NCBI RefSeq assembly: GCF_037042905.1
Contig: NC_087251.1
Coordinates: forward strand, 41,914,001-41,978,000
Source: Lytechinus pictus
Taxonomy: Eukaryota
Length of the DNA stretch: 64,000 nucleotides
Direction: 5' to 3'
The notes below the pieces were generated by a model. It was not told where the DNA came from. It did no database searches and saw nothing but the letters and a program-made list of their open reading frames with translations. Shown here one piece after another: positions 63,541 to 64,000 of the stretch. The position numbers were made by a program, and so were the translations under genes. How positions within the stretch are numbered: position 1 is the first letter of the stretch; each line of letters starts with the position of its first letter.

Positions 63541-63960
63541 TCTACATTTAGGCCTAGATCTAGTCTAGATCTAGGTCTAACGTTAGATCTAGAGTCTAGT
63601 ATAAGTTAACGTTAGGTCTAACTTTTTAACATGTTAGGCCTAACGTAAGATCTAACGTTTATAGGCTAGAGTCTAAAAGTTAGAGTAATCTAACGTTAAA
63701 TCTTGCTAACGACAAACGGAGTTAGATCTAACTTAGATCTAGTGCTAACGAGTCATTTGTTAGATTTGGTCCTGGACCGCCAACAGTAGATCTAGGCCTA
63801 CGCCGCAACCTAAGTTAGTCTGACTTAACGTTAGAACACTAGGTCTAGATCTAACATTAGGTCTAGACTTCTAGACCTAACTGTTAGATAATGTTTTATC
63901 TCATCCCCAATTTGGCCTAGACCCTAGATCAAAATCTGCACCTGATCATGGCCTAACATG
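63445..63960. repeat. Low-complexity mosaic of palindromic octamers (tagatcta, taacgtta, taggccta)
   Basis: Many interleaved copies visible directly. Confidence 0.85.
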
Positions 63961-64000
63961 CATTCTCGGTCTGCCTTGGGTCATGGACCTGGACTGGACT

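Overview
AT-rich, repeat-dense animal genomic DNA. The repeat types suggest an invertebrate deuterostome, probably a sea urchin (inference). The main feature is a complete 15-exon DLST gene (E2 succinyltransferase of the mitochondrial 2-oxoglutarate dehydrogenase complex) on the minus strand. It runs from ATG 58708 to TGA 10302; my hand-spliced CDS is 1428 nt (475 aa) with GT-AG introns and compatible phases throughout. Downstream on the same strand lies the first coding exon of a SLIRP-like mitochondrial RRM gene (466-406). A possible divergent first exon starts at 59180. The rest is transposon-derived: TTAA-flanked MITEs, Harbinger-type MITEs, hAT-like elements, Helentron-type (HINE) tandem-repeat elements, SINEs and several very decayed DIRS-like relics. 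The most unusual items are a short SINE-like element with a 7SL (Alu-domain)-like head, a B box, a Meta-like body and a CA tail (43200-43387), and a 336-bp palindrome whose arms reconstruct a full tRNA cloverleaf with a UCA anticodon (45741-46076). All family assignments are by eye; no searches were run.
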